DNA of 64,000 nt from Chrysomallon squamiferum. Its lineage: Eukaryota > Animalia > Mollusca. How positions within the stretch are numbered: position 1 is the first letter of the stretch; each line of letters begins with the position of its first letter. The position numbers and the translations under genes were made by a program. Of this stretch, positions 63,415-64,000 are shown piece after piece. The DNA lies in contig CM022676.1 in NCBI GenBank assembly GCA_012295275.1, positions 4,030,001 through 4,094,000 of the forward strand, written 5' to 3'. Under the pieces are notes generated by a model. The model made no database searches. It was not told the origin of the DNA and worked only from the letters and a program-made list of their open reading frames with translations.

Positions 63415-63670
63415 CAGTATGGAGTCCTTCATACACCTCTTTACATAAAAACACAAGAAATATCTTTGTAACTGAGCACAGGCTAGAACTTCAAAGCATC
63501 TGTTATCTCTGAGCTATAAATGCAGTATGGAGTCCTTCATACACCTCTTTACATAAAAAGCACAACAAAATCTTTTTGTAACGGGAGCAAAGGCTAGAAC
63601 TGGAAACTGATACAAAATGCTCTTTAGTGAAAGTTCACTTTCAGTATGGAGTCCTTCATACACCTCTTTG
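63415..63670. repeat. Three copies of the CAGTATGGAGTCCTTCATACACCTCTT module; probable upstream region of a further paralog beyond the window
   Basis: Copies at ~63415, ~63523 and ~63642. 63200-64000 resembles the reverse complement of 24780-25620 and 49010-49840, the upstream regions of B and F. Confidence 0.7.
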
Positions 63671-64000
63671 AGAAAAATCAATAGTTATCTAGGTTATACA
63701 AATAATTTTCCCTGCTATCTACGACATATCAAACATTTTCTTTCCTAGATAAAATCTCATCAGGTCAGAGGCAGATCTGGGTGGAGCGCTAATCATATTT
63801 ATTTATTTATTTATTTATTCATTCATTTATCTACTAACTTATTTACTTACCTACTTACTTATTTACCACTTACTTCCTTACTGATTTCTCACTAAAGTAA
63901 CGTTTGTTTCTGTTTTTCGTTGTAGTTTTTTGTAAGGTGATGAATGAAAACTATTAAACTGATTTGACTGGGTTTCATGGTGAAGAGATCGTTTTCAAAA

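Overview
This is eukaryotic, AT-rich, microsatellite-saturated genomic DNA with spliced genes. It looks lophotrochozoan, probably molluscan; that is inferred from gene content, not proven. Most long six-frame ORFs are simple-repeat noise, so I assembled exons by eye from GT/AG junctions and intron phases. (1) At 4.8-12.3 kb, a head-to-head pair of 4-exon genes encodes small, probably secreted proteins. They consist only of the C-terminal extension domain known from some invertebrate and Pseudoalteromonas alpha-amylases, with no catalytic domain. (2) At 13-62 kb, a tandem/inverted array of eight paralogs (A-H) of a six-coding-exon gene encodes a GAREM/THEMIS-like adaptor: CABIT domain, paired YxxL sites, a Grb2-type PxxPxR motif, a variable DY(V/T) tyrosine array, and a C-terminal SAM domain. 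Four copies are intact, three carry indels and one is cut by an N gap. (3) At 42.9-43.4 kb, two small exons inside the array, absent from the ORF track, encode a cytoplasmic tail with a YxN motif and a canonically spaced ITAM. An ~11 kb block is duplicated across the gap, either a segmental duplication or an uncollapsed haplotype, and parts of the assembly look error-prone.
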